64,000 nucleotides of DNA from Clostridia bacterium (GCA_045651805.1 JAZRTB010000004.1:287-64286); one strand, 5' to 3'. Positions 46,868 through 55,213 are shown, counted from the first letter of the stretch. Program-made: numbers and translations. The notes: generated from the letters alone by a model not told the origin.

Positions 46868-47788
46868 CTACTTTTTTTCTTTATTTTTGTCACCGGGCTG
46901 TTTTTTGCTTGAATAGCCATAACCATAGCCGTAGCCATAGCCATAACCATAGCCGCCGTAGCCACCGTAACCGCCGTAGCCACCGTAACTACCATAGTAA
47001 CCGCTTCTGTAATACTTCATCTTTTTACCGTAGCGATAATAGCCACGCTTACCGTAGCGATAACCGACCTTCATATCACTCAATCTGCCGTTGAGAACAA
47101 ATCCGATGATATTCGCATCAACAAAAGAAAGCTTGCTGATTGCTTCAGCAACAGACTCTTTGTCTGTACGACCCTGCCTTACAACAATAAGTACACCATC
47201 CGTCATTTTTGAAAGGACCGCTGCATCAGTAACGATGTTTATAGGTGATGTATCAAGGAAAATATACTCATAAATTTCAGAAAGTTTATCAAGAGTTTCT
47301 TTCATTGCTGCCGAACCGAGAAGCTCTGCAGGGTTCGGAGGCATATCACCCGAGGGAATAACATCAAGATTAGAAAATTCCGAGTGTACAATTACAGAAT
47401 CAGGTGTATTAAGATTTGCCAGCACATTTGAAATACCCGGGCTGGGCTGAATATCAAGAAGATTTGCCACATTAGGCTTTCTGAGGTCACAGTCAATAAG
47501 CAGCACCTTTGCACCTGTCTGTGCAAAAGATATTGCAAGGTTAAGACAGTTTGTACTCTTTCCTTCCCCTGCCAATGCGCTTGTAACCACTATTTTTTTC
47601 GCACCTTCACGGGGAATAGAAAATACGATATTTGTTCTGAGAGCCTTATATGCTTCCTTCACATGGAATGAGCTCTTATCATTAAGAACCTTCGCACGCT
47701 TAACCGCCAAGGGTGAACTTGTATTAAGTGCGCTGTTCTTCATCATTTTTGCCGAAGCTTTTCTTAAACTGGAAAGTATTTTAGCCAT
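46868..47788 (-). CDS. CpsD/CapB-family bacterial tyrosine kinase (BY-kinase) with an extended Gly-Tyr tail
   Basis: Walker A SALAGEGKSTNCLNL, Walker A' and B motifs, and a C-terminus GYYRYGKKMKYYRSGYYGSYGGYGGYGGYGGYGYGYGYGYGYGYSSKK. Confidence 0.9.
   Translation of the reverse strand: MAKILSSLRKASAKMMKNSALNTSSPLAVKRAKVLNDKSSFHVKEAYKALRTNIVFSIPREGAKKIVVTSALAGEGKSTNCLNLAISFAQTGAKVLLIDCDLRKPNVANLLDIQPSPGISNVLANLNTPDSVIVHSEFSNLDVIPSGDMPPNPAELLGSAAMKETLDKLSEIYEYIFLDTSPINIVTDAAVLSKMTDGVLIVVRQGRTDKESVAEAISKLSFVDANIIGFVLNGRLSDMKVGYRYGKRGYYRYGKKMKYYRSGYYGSYGGYGGYGGYGGYGYGYGYGYGYGYSSKKQPGDKNKEKK
46913..47005 (-). repeat. coding hexanucleotide-type repeat (GGCTAT/GGTTAT/GGCGGCTAC variants) encoding (GY)n/(GGY)n
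   Basis: The plus strand reads ATAGCCATAACCATAGCCGTAGCCATAGCCATAACCATAGCCGCCGTAGCCACCGTAACCGCCGTAGCCACCGTA... Confidence 0.85.
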
Positions 47789-47813
47789 CTCAATTATCCT
47801 CCCTTAAGCTAAA

Positions 47814-48566
47814 TTATTTATCGTTCTCATCGTCGTAAGCAGATTCATCATAGGAAACATAGATTTCCGGAATTGCTCCCAATACGGGATATGAGAATCT
47901 TCCCACAAGATCGTCTGCAGATTTTACACGAACGTCAAAGATTTCTTTAAGGCTGATAACTGAAATACTTAAGATAAAACCAAGAAGCGCACCGAGGATT
48001 ATACTGTTTCTCACATTCGGAAATACGGGAGAATTGGTAGACTCCGCCTTATCAATAATACTTACCGTACTCTGAGAAATGATTTCAGGAATGTTTTTCT
48101 TACTTTCTTCCGCAATAGCATTTGCAATATCACGGGCAATGGCAGGGTCTTCATTCCTTACGGCTATACGTATAATTTCAGTATCTGCAACAGCTTCTAC
48201 AGAAAGCATTTCCTTGATTTCTCTTACAGAATATTCCTGATGAGTCTTCTCCTCAATAACATTGGATACTTCTTTAAGAATTCGCTTACTCTGTATCATT
48301 TCGATATATGTAGGAACCAGCTGACGTGATGCGGTAATATCACTTGAAAGCATTTTGCTATCAAGTTCAGCATTGCCAAGCTCATTCTGGTTATTTACAT
48401 AGAGAGTAGTAGTTGACTCATATTTTGGCACGATAAAATACTGACTTACAGCGAAAAATACCAAGCCAAAAACCAGAGTTATAACAACGATTGTCACAAT
48501 TCGGTCAAGAATTACTTCCAATAATCTTTTAATGTCAATCTGTTCGTTTTCTTTTGTATTATTCAT
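47814..48566 (-). CDS. Wzz/CpsC (YveK)-type chain-length determinant, BY-kinase modulator
   Basis: Two-TM topology with the IDIKRLLEVILDRIVTIVVITLVFG... start and a C-terminal TM plus kinase-activating tail. ATG 48566 follows GGGAGG. Confidence 0.85.
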   Translation of the reverse strand: MNNTKENEQIDIKRLLEVILDRIVTIVVITLVFGLVFFAVSQYFIVPKYESTTTLYVNNQNELGNAELDSKMLSSDITASRQLVPTYIEMIQSKRILKEVSNVIEEKTHQEYSVREIKEMLSVEAVADTEIIRIAVRNEDPAIARDIANAIAEESKKNIPEIISQSTVSIIDKAESTNSPVFPNVRNSIILGALLGFILSISVISLKEIFDVRVKSADDLVGRFSYPVLGAIPEIYVSYDESAYDDENDK

Positions 48567-48597
48567 TCCATAACCTCCCATAGCAACTCTATTCTAT

Positions 48598-48627
48598 ATT
48601 GTAATACATAATAGTCGTTTTTGTCAA
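48598..48627 (-). promoter_or_regulatory. promoter of the wzz/BY-kinase/phosphatase genes
   Basis: On the minus strand: TTGACA, 18 nt, TACAAT. Confidence 0.5.
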
Positions 48628-48652
48628 TAGCAAGTTGCTAAAACTGTCATTT

Positions 48653-49123
48653 TCATCCCGCGTTTTCGTAATTTTCATCAACATTTACCGCGGCGTCTGT
48701 ATACGCCTTCACAGCAAGAGTATCGCAAATCTCATTATACTTATGACCCGCATGGCCTTTAACCCAGATGAACGTTACTTTATGCTTGCTTGTAAGTTCA
48801 AGAAGCTCTTTCCATAAATCTATATTCAGAACAGGTTTTTTGTCAGCTTTTCGCCACCCGTTTTTCACCCACGAGGAAAGCCATCCTTGATTTATGGCAT
48901 CTGTAAGATACTTTGAATCGCTATACAATTCCACTTCACAATTTTCTTTTAAAAGCTTGAGAGCCTCAACAGCTGCAAGCAGTTCCATTCGGTTATTGGT
49001 TGTTTTTCTGAAGCCCTTGCTTATTTCTTTTTCTGTTCCGTTATACACAAGAACAGCTCCATATCCGCCTTTCCCCGGATTTCCGGTGCAGGCACCATCG
49101 GTGTATATCTCTACTTTTTTCAT
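48653..49123 (-). CDS. rnhA: ribonuclease HI
   Basis: The [25 protein letters not shown] start plus [10 protein letters not shown] and a [12 protein letters not shown] pattern. ATG 49123 follows GGAAGGTG. Confidence 0.92.
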   Translation of the reverse strand: MKKVEIYTDGACTGNPGKGGYGAVLVYNGTEKEISKGFRKTTNNRMELLAAVEALKLLKENCEVELYSDSKYLTDAINQGWLSSWVKNGWRKADKKPVLNIDLWKELLELTSKHKVTFIWVKGHAGHKYNEICDTLAVKAYTDAAVNVDENYENAG

Positions 49124-49144
49124 GGTTTCACCTTCCAAGAAGAA

Positions 49145-49171
49145 AGGTTGCTGCACTCGGTGCAGCAACCT
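49145..49171 (-). terminator. intrinsic terminator of the SLH protein gene
   Basis: AGGTTGCTGCAC/GTGCAGCAACCT 12-bp stem with a 3-nt loop, followed by UUCUUCUU on the minus strand. Confidence 0.7.
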
Positions 49172-49177
49172 GCTTAA

Positions 49178-50029
49178 TTACTGAATTTCAATTTCAAAAG
49201 CCGGGAATGTTACAATACCCTCGCCAATAGACTTAATTCGTTTATAAGTAGAATTACCTACCGAACACAATCCGCCGCGAATTATAATCTCGCCTACTGC
49301 ACAACCCGTAATTTCAGTCTTACCTGTAACGCCGTCACCAATGAAAATATTACTGCTGCTGTTTACGCCTGTAAACTTAACATTTTCAGCTCTTACAAGA
49401 ACATTACCGTTAATGGTTGTATACTCACCGGGAGCGTCAATGTACTGCTTTACAATCTTGTCCATAATCTGCGCAAACTCCAGACGTGTCATAGGTTCAA
49501 GAGGTCTGAGGGAAGTTACACCTTCAAGATAGCCGCCTGCAGCAACTGCAGAAACTTCACTTACTGCCCAGGAAGCTACTGTACTGCCGTCGGGGAAAGA
49601 TGCAAGAGCAGAAGCATCAGCTTTAGCCATACCGAAAATTCTTGAAAGAACAATCATTGCTTCCTGTCTTGAAATAGTGTTGTTGGGGTTAAGTTTTAAC
49701 TGATCATCACCCTTGAATGCACCCATTGCAACTGCCTTTGCCATAGCATCGTAATACCACGCGTCTGCCTTGACATCGGTGTATCTTGAAATATCTGTGG
49801 TCTTTGTTGCATTCAATGCACGAGACATAATTGTTGCCATCTGTGCTCTTGTTATAGGGGTGTTGGGCTGAACGGTACCATCATCAAAACCTGAAATAAG
49901 ACCGTTATCAACAGCTCTCTGAAGGACTGCACCATCTTCACCTGCAGGCATATCGGGGAATGCTGCAAATGCACTTACCGACATGGCACAAAGCATTACA
50001 ACAATGATTAAACTTACTAACTTTTTCAT
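49178..50029 (-). CDS. S-layer homology (3 x SLH) domain protein
   Basis: Signal peptide, then three SLH repeats (FPDMPAGEDG...ITRAQMATIMSRAL; YTDVKADAWYYDAM...ISRQEAMIVLSRIF; FPDGSTVASWA...MTRLEFAQIMDKIV) and a C-terminal region of about 80 aa. Confidence 0.88.
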   Translation of the reverse strand: MKKLVSLIIVVMLCAMSVSAFAAFPDMPAGEDGAVLQRAVDNGLISGFDDGTVQPNTPITRAQMATIMSRALNATKTTDISRYTDVKADAWYYDAMAKAVAMGAFKGDDQLKLNPNNTISRQEAMIVLSRIFGMAKADASALASFPDGSTVASWAVSEVSAVAAGGYLEGVTSLRPLEPMTRLEFAQIMDKIVKQYIDAPGEYTTINGNVLVRAENVKFTGVNSSSNIFIGDGVTGKTEITGCAVGEIIIRGGLCSVGNSTYKRIKSIGEGIVTFPAFEIEIQ

Positions 50030-50090
50030 CTTTATCCTCTTTTCTTTTGGTAGAATCTTTATAAAATTTTAATTAAAAACTTTTGTATGT

Positions 50091-50270
50091 ACCCCCGCAG
50101 TGCCGTTATGTCGGACTATTCTAAACCTGCATATGCAGGTGGGTGATTTGCCCGCTGCTCCTGGGTTTCTCTCTTCAAGCGGAGAGCCTACACGCCACAG
50201 CAGGACCGTCAATCTCCCTTATTAGATGTGTTGGTTAAAATAAATCCGATAGTTACGCACACCGCAGGGT
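50091..50270 (-). ncRNA. candidate structured RNA / structured 5' leader of the SLH gene (class unknown)
   Basis: GC-rich island in an AT-rich spacer. Minus-strand 5' ACCCUGCGGUG pairs with 3' CACUGCGGGGGU about 160 nt away. Internal helices are GGGAGAUUG/CAAAUCACCC, CUGCU-G-UGG/CCA-GG-AGCAG, CUCUC/GAGAG and the CCUGCAUAUGCAGG hairpin. The strand call is an assumption. Confidence 0.3.
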
Positions 50271-50281
50271 ATTGCCAAAAA

Positions 50282-50545
50282 TCAATCAAGAAATTCAAAT
50301 TCGTCCTTGTTGTTTTCCTTGAAAATATTATAGACCTTGTCAAAAATTTCGCCGTCATCAACACCCTCAAGCATTTCCTCGCCGTCAACTTCAACAAGCT
50401 TCATAATAAATACTTCGCCGTCAATTTCCTCATCATCTGTTGCAGGAATGAGCATAAAGTACGTTTCTCCATCAAGCTCTACAGTATCAAGGAACTCGTA
50501 ATCTTCCTCAACTGTTTCAAAAGTATCTTTCATATTTTCTGCCAT
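50282..50545 (-). CDS. DUF1292 family protein
   Basis: 87 aa, very acidic. The DGETYFMLIP...EVFIMKLVEVDGEEMLEGVDD pattern is typical of the small DUF1292 proteins found next to ruvX in Firmicutes. Confidence 0.8.
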   Translation of the reverse strand: MAENMKDTFETVEEDYEFLDTVELDGETYFMLIPATDDEEIDGEVFIMKLVEVDGEEMLEGVDDGEIFDKVYNIFKENNKDEFEFLD

Positions 50546-50579
50546 AGTTATTCTCCTTTGTTATTATTTTCAGATGCAA

Positions 50580-50990
50580 TCAACCGTTTGCATCCAGATA
50601 TCCCTGTAAAATTATGACTGCGGCAATTTTGTCAACCTTCGTCTTACGTTTTTTTCCGCTGACACCGCCACTTTCAAGAATTTTGTGTGCTTCTGTACTT
50701 GAAAGTCTCTCATCCCACATAACATACGGAATTCCCAGCATCTCTGCCGCATCCTTTGCAAACTCTTCTGTATATACAGCACGATGGCCTACAGTACCGT
50801 CCATATGTTTAGGATAACCTACAACGAGCTTTTCTACTCTGTTTTGTTTTGCAACCTCCACAACTTTTTCAAGTTGCTTTTCTCTGTCAGTTTCACAGAT
50901 AGTATCAAGAGGGGTTGCAAGCATTCCCATTATATCACTTACGGCAACGCCTATTCTCGCCTCGCCATAGTCAAGACCCATAATTTTCAT
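50580..50990 (-). CDS. ruvX: Holliday junction resolvase-like RuvX (YqgF)
   Basis: MKIMGLDYGEARIGVAVSD start and a DERLSSTEA motif. ATG 50990 follows GGTGAG. Confidence 0.9.
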   Translation of the reverse strand: MKIMGLDYGEARIGVAVSDIMGMLATPLDTICETDREKQLEKVVEVAKQNRVEKLVVGYPKHMDGTVGHRAVYTEEFAKDAAEMLGIPYVMWDERLSSTEAHKILESGGVSGKKRKTKVDKIAAVIILQGYLDANG

Positions 50991-51055
50991 AATTCTCACC
51001 GCAATACTTACTGATAATATCATTATAACAGATAAAATCTTGTATTGCAAGCATA

Positions 51056-51691
51056 TTATTGAGAACTTATAAGATTATTCTCCATACACAGTTTTTCTAT
51101 TTTTGTTACGGAAAGCTCATATGCTGTCCTCACCTCTGTTTCATCATCAGAAATACGTTTATTGTAATTTCTTGACTGCAATCTTCCCCACAACATTACA
51201 TTACAACCTATTTCAAGTCCCTCCGAGAACACGGCATTTTTGCCCCATGCAATAGCAGGAATATAATCCGACCTGTTAAAGGCTCTGTTAACTGCAACGA
51301 TAAGGTCTGTAATTTCTCTTCCGAAGGGAGTGCGTCTGTAAACAGGTGCTTTACATATATATCCGTTAATAAATATTTCGTTTGGATTTTCTTCGTCTTC
51401 AGGTAGCGCCGGAGCGATTCCTCTTGCAAACACGGTAAGTATCAGACGTGTTTTAGTCTGTGTATACTTGTTGTAGCTTCTGAGCTGTCCTCGCACCTTT
51501 ATGCGTTTTCCCGGGCTTATAAGATTTCCGTCAATCTGCCTTTCGGGTACGGTTACGGGAAGCAAATCATCATTTTCTGAAAGTCTGGGGACTCTTAAAA
51601 TAAAGCTGAAAAAGTTTTCATCAAGCACGCTGTGACTGTATACAGGCGTGGTTTCGACAGTTCCTGTCAATGTTATTACGTTATTCTCCAA
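51056..51691 (-). CDS. tandem OB-fold, SSB-like protein lacking an acidic tail
   Basis: Two SSB-like halves, each about 100 aa (VITLTGTVETTPVYSH...RIKVRGQLRSYN...ILTVFA and IFINGYICKAPVYRRTP...VMLWGRLQSRNY...ELSV). No C-terminal DDDIPF-type tip. Confidence 0.6.
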   Translation of the reverse strand: MENNVITLTGTVETTPVYSHSVLDENFFSFILRVPRLSENDDLLPVTVPERQIDGNLISPGKRIKVRGQLRSYNKYTQTKTRLILTVFARGIAPALPEDEENPNEIFINGYICKAPVYRRTPFGREITDLIVAVNRAFNRSDYIPAIAWGKNAVFSEGLEIGCNVMLWGRLQSRNYNKRISDDETEVRTAYELSVTKIEKLCMENNLISSQ

Positions 51692-51830
51692 GTTTTACAA
51701 CTCCTTTTTATGTACTGCTTACAACAGTATATTCCCAAACTTCAGGTTATATTACCAAAATTCATACGAATATATTATTTTTTTTATTATATAATTTAGT
51801 AATATGCAATTTTCCGAAAGGTTGATTCTT

Positions 51831-52544
51831 ATGATTTTTATTCAGAAAAGGAAAGTTACCGTCCTGATAGTATTTATTATTACGGCAATTTTCTCAATAA
51901 CTTTCTTCCATTTCCGTACCGCACCCGTATTTTCGGAAAAACCTAAAAAGCGTATAGTTCTTGATGCGGGACACGGATTTCCCGACGGTGGTGCAATCGG
52001 TATGAACGGCACTATTGAAAGCACCATCAATCTTAAAATAGCAAAAAAGGTACAAAAAATTCTTGAAAAACACGGCTATACAGTAATAATGACACGAACC
52101 GGAGAGGATTCCCTTGCAGACAGCGGGAATACCATTTCCCGTAAAAAGCACAACGATATGCACAAACGTCTTTCAATAATCAATAATTCAGATGCAGATA
52201 TATTTGTAAGCATACATATGAATAAATACACCGATTCCCGCTACAGGGGTGCTCAGGTATTATATTCCGGCAACTTCGTGCAATCTGAAAAGCTTGCGCA
52301 AGCAATTCAAAATGAATTACATCTTTTAAAAGATAATCTTTCAAAAAGGTCGCACCTCAAAGCCCCTTCCGGTATTTTCCTTTTGAAAAACGCAAATATT
52401 CCCGCAGTAATTGTCGAGTGCGGATTTCTTTCTAATTTTCAGGAGGAACAGCTTCTTATTTCCGAAAAATATCAGACTGCACTTGCCGAAGCAATTTCAA
52501 GAGGAATTGACAATTATTATAAAAAGGAGGCTTCTTTGCAATGA
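51831..52544 (+). CDS. cwlD: N-acetylmuramoyl-L-alanine amidase, CwlD-like
   Basis: N-terminal TM helix, then IVLDAGHGFPDGGA...ADIFVSIHMNK...AVIVECGFLSN, an Amidase_3 domain with CwlD-type architecture. ATG 51831 chosen as start. Confidence 0.78.
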   Translation: MIFIQKRKVTVLIVFIITAIFSITFFHFRTAPVFSEKPKKRIVLDAGHGFPDGGAIGMNGTIESTINLKIAKKVQKILEKHGYTVIMTRTGEDSLADSGNTISRKKHNDMHKRLSIINNSDADIFVSIHMNKYTDSRYRGAQVLYSGNFVQSEKLAQAIQNELHLLKDNLSKRSHLKAPSGIFLLKNANIPAVIVECGFLSNFQEEQLLISEKYQTALAEAISRGIDNYYKKEASLQ

Positions 52545-53296
52545 AAATTTTTGTAACTGATAAGTATCGCATCTTAACTTTCTCATTTATTTGCATGGTA
52601 ATAGGATTGTGTGCAGTTTTTTCAAAAAATGCAGACCTCAACGTATCTTCGCCCCCTTCTCTTCTCCCTATTTACAGTGTTGAAAGAAATGACAATGCCA
52701 TAAGCATAACCTTTGACTGTGCCTGGGGAAGCGAAGATATTGATGAAATCATTTCTGTGCTTGAAAAGCACAACTGCAAGGCATCTTTCTTTGTTCTCGG
52801 CAAATGGGCAAAAGATAACCCTGATGCTATGAAAAAAATTGTATCAGAAGGTCACGAAATAGGAAATCACAGCTACAACCACACATATTACACCACACTT
52901 TCAGAAGAAGAAATGCTTCTTGATATAGAAAAATGCAATCAGGAAATAAAGAAAGCCTGCGGTGTTACCCCTACGCTTTTCCGTGCACCATCGGGAGACT
53001 ACAACAACGACGTTGTTTCCGCAAGCGAAAAAGCAGGTATGAAGTATATCCAATGGTCTGTGGATTCACTCGACTGGCGTGGTCTTGACGCAAATCAGAT
53101 GCTCGAAAGAATACTACCCACCACAAAAAGCGGAAGCATCCTTCTTTTCCATAATGGAACAAAGCATACGGCAAAAAGCCTTGATACAATTCTGACAGAG
53201 CTTGAGAAAAAAGGATTTTCCTTCCTTAAAACGTCAGAGCTTATCTACAAAGACAACTACACCATCGACCATACCGGAAAGCAAATAAAGAATTAA
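52541..53296 (+). CDS. polysaccharide deacetylase family sporulation protein (PdaB/PdaA-like)
   Basis: NodB domain motifs ISITFDCAWG, GHEIGNHSYNH and LFRAPSGDY...ILLFHNG. Its start overlaps the cwlD stop. Confidence 0.85.
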   Translation: MKIFVTDKYRILTFSFICMVIGLCAVFSKNADLNVSSPPSLLPIYSVERNDNAISITFDCAWGSEDIDEIISVLEKHNCKASFFVLGKWAKDNPDAMKKIVSEGHEIGNHSYNHTYYTTLSEEEMLLDIEKCNQEIKKACGVTPTLFRAPSGDYNNDVVSASEKAGMKYIQWSVDSLDWRGLDANQMLERILPTTKSGSILLFHNGTKHTAKSLDTILTELEKKGFSFLKTSELIYKDNYTIDHTGKQIKN

Positions 53297-53298
53297 CT

Positions 53299-53335
53299 AA
53301 ACCGGTCAAAGAACAAAAAATTCTTTGACCGGTTT
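53299..53335. terminator. hairpin between convergent genes (probable terminator)
   Basis: AAACCGGTCAAAGAA/TTCTTTGACCGGTTT 15-bp stem with a 7-nt loop. The U-tracts are weak on both sides. Confidence 0.55.
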
Positions 53336-53348
53336 AAAAACGATTAAA

Positions 53349-54185
53349 TTATTGAGGTAATAAATTAACAAACACCAGTTCCGGTTGATTAAAAATTCTA
53401 GGGAGTCTTGTACTTTCTCTTGCCAACCCACGACTAACAATCATTTTTCTTCCGTCAAAGTCATACATACCCCCTGCATATTTCGGAAACCATCCTTGAT
53501 TCGGCGAATAAAGTCCATTCGCAACAAATGGAATTCTGAATTGACCACCATGAGCGTGCCCTGCTAAAACTGCATCAAAATTATATTCAAAATACTTATT
53601 GACACATTCAGGTCGATGCGAAAGCAATAAGTTAAAATAATCTTTTTCTATGCCTTCACCCACGTCCTTTAGTTGCTCTTCCCAGCATTTATATGAAGCA
53701 TCATACTTATTTATTTCCGGATCGTCAATTCCAGAAACAACAATTACATCTCCGTTATCAAGCTTCAACTCCGATGAATTCCCCCGAAGCACAATTACTC
53801 CTTTGGCAGAAAGATAGTCAAATAAATCTTTTGTTTGATTGCTCCACCATTCATGATTTCCGCTTACATAGTAGGTTTTGAATTTTTCAGCTATTTTATC
53901 AACGAAAGCACACGCATTACGGTCATCCAAAACATCATCAAAAATGTCCCCACCAAGCAGCACCGCATCAGGTTGGTATTCTTCTATCTTTTCAATAAGT
54001 TCAGTTTCATTTTTTCCATAACTGCATGAGTGTAAATCCGCTACAAACACAAGCTTCACTTCATCAGTAATTTTTGAACTATGTATAGTATATGTAACTA
54101 CTTTCAGTTGTGTATTAACCGCGATAGCAACTATGCCTATAATCAATATTACACAAAGAACAAATATGCTCTTTTTCTTCATCAA
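53349..54185 (-). CDS. membrane-anchored metallophosphoesterase (YkuE-like)
   Basis: N-terminal TM helix and calcineurin-like motifs VADLHS, GGDIFDD, GNHE and GHAHGG. Confidence 0.85.
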   Translation of the reverse strand: MMKKKSIFVLCVILIIGIVAIAVNTQLKVVTYTIHSSKITDEVKLVFVADLHSCSYGKNETELIEKIEEYQPDAVLLGGDIFDDVLDDRNACAFVDKIAEKFKTYYVSGNHEWWSNQTKDLFDYLSAKGVIVLRGNSSELKLDNGDVIVVSGIDDPEINKYDASYKCWEEQLKDVGEGIEKDYFNLLLSHRPECVNKYFEYNFDAVLAGHAHGGQFRIPFVANGLYSPNQGWFPKYAGGMYDFDGRKMIVSRGLARESTRLPRIFNQPELVFVNLLPQ

Positions 54186-54194
54186 AGCACCCCA

Positions 54195-55151
54195 TCAATT
54201 ATTTTTATAACCATTTTTGTCAAGCATTTTCAGATTATTTCTTATTTCCTTGTATTGTTTATCCGTCAGTTTTTCTTTGAGTACTATATATTTCCCATTA
54301 TTAGTAAGTTTACTTACCCAAAAACCATCCGTATGGTATTTTTCAAGAACTTCAATAGCAATTTTATTCATCTCGCTTTCTTTTGTTGTCACTCCAACTA
54401 TTCTCCCCTGTACATTGTTTAACAAATCACACACCTCATCGGCATAAAGAGGGTTTTCAAACTCTTCATCCTTAAAATGTTCCGGCAAATACTTATCGCC
54501 CAGCGCACCAGGATTTTGCTCATGGGCAAAGCCTACTTCGTTAGCAATCTCAATCCCATATCTTTTTGTAATTGTTGCTTGCCATAAAACATGGCGAAAA
54601 GCATTTTTAGGGCCAGAACCTTCATCACCATTTTCTTTCAATCCGGAATTATCCGCAAATCTTTGAGAGTTTGAAGAAATATTCGTCATAAATGAATTAA
54701 TTGGACCTATTTCTATTGCAATTTTGGGATGTGTCAAGGCAAACTCCAAAGTTCTCGCTGTTGTGCTACCACTTTTTCTATTATAGTCACTACTAAATTC
54801 TCTTATCCAGTCATCAAAAGAGTTTTCATAACCATTTATTCTTTCAGCAGTTAATATTCTAAAGCTTTCTTTCCGTGCATTTTTTCCCAAATCAAACCTC
54901 CCAATGTTGTTTAAAAAATTTTGTTTTAACAGTGCATTTAAAAAAGCTTTTGAATTGATATTGCTTAGTTTCAAGTTGCTTCCTTTCATCATATTATTTG
55001 TTTTAGTAATACTATCTGACAAAGCACTTTCATACTCATAACTTAAACCATATTTTGACTGGTCTATTCCTAATATTTCCTCGCATCTCCATCCGTAATC
55101 GGCATTTGGGTCAGATAATTCACGATTGCATCTTTTACACCTGTTTTCCAT
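54195..55151 (-). CDS. hypothetical protein with an N-terminal CxxC...C ribbon and an NAFRHxxWQ...AHE core
   Basis: 318 aa with a GGAGTG RBS. N-terminus MENRCKRCNRELSDPNADYGWRCEEILG, central PKNAFRHVLWQATITKRYGIEIANEVGFAHEQNPG. Visibly more AT-rich than its neighbours. Confidence 0.7.
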   Translation of the reverse strand: MENRCKRCNRELSDPNADYGWRCEEILGIDQSKYGLSYEYESALSDSITKTNNMMKGSNLKLSNINSKAFLNALLKQNFLNNIGRFDLGKNARKESFRILTAERINGYENSFDDWIREFSSDYNRKSGSTTARTLEFALTHPKIAIEIGPINSFMTNISSNSQRFADNSGLKENGDEGSGPKNAFRHVLWQATITKRYGIEIANEVGFAHEQNPGALGDKYLPEHFKDEEFENPLYADEVCDLLNNVQGRIVGVTTKESEMNKIAIEVLEKYHTDGFWVSKLTNNGKYIVLKEKLTDKQYKEIRNNLKMLDKNGYKNN

Positions 55152-55178
55152 TTTTTCACTCCATAAATCAAATTTTTC

Positions 55179-55207
55179 TTGCTTTCAATACACAGATATG
55201 CTAAAAT
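55179..55207 (+). promoter_or_regulatory. candidate promoter of a short plus-strand (antisense) transcript
   Basis: TTGCTT, 17 nt, TAAAAT. It points into the leader region of the 54195-55151 gene. Confidence 0.4.
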
Positions 55208-55213
55208 GCAGTT

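Noticed and set aside
46840-47094. 84-aa plus-strand ORF with a HSHNHSRRSHRNRRSH repeat
   Set aside because: It is the antisense reading of the Gly-Tyr repeat at the BY-kinase 3' end. It has no independent signals.
50091-50270. Assignment of the structured intergenic segment to a specific known RNA (tRNA, tmRNA, SRP, 6S, RNase P, or common riboswitch classes)
   Set aside because: By eye I found none of the diagnostic conserved sequences: the T-loop GGUUCGAAUCC, the SRP GGAAGCAGC helix-8 motif, the RNase P GGAAAGUCCGGGC motif, the B12 box, the GEMM GGCAAA...ACGCAAAGC motif, the T-box, and others. It is kept only as an unclassified candidate.
53349-55151. Calling the two-gene insert an anti-phage defence or toxin-antitoxin system
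   Set aside because: The context is tempting (inserted cassette, antisense RNA, phage-like ribbon). However, I see no recognisable nuclease, ATPase, NTPase, Sir2/TIR or antitoxin-like component. The metallophosphoesterase looks like the common membrane-anchored YkuE type. The evidence is insufficient for a functional label.
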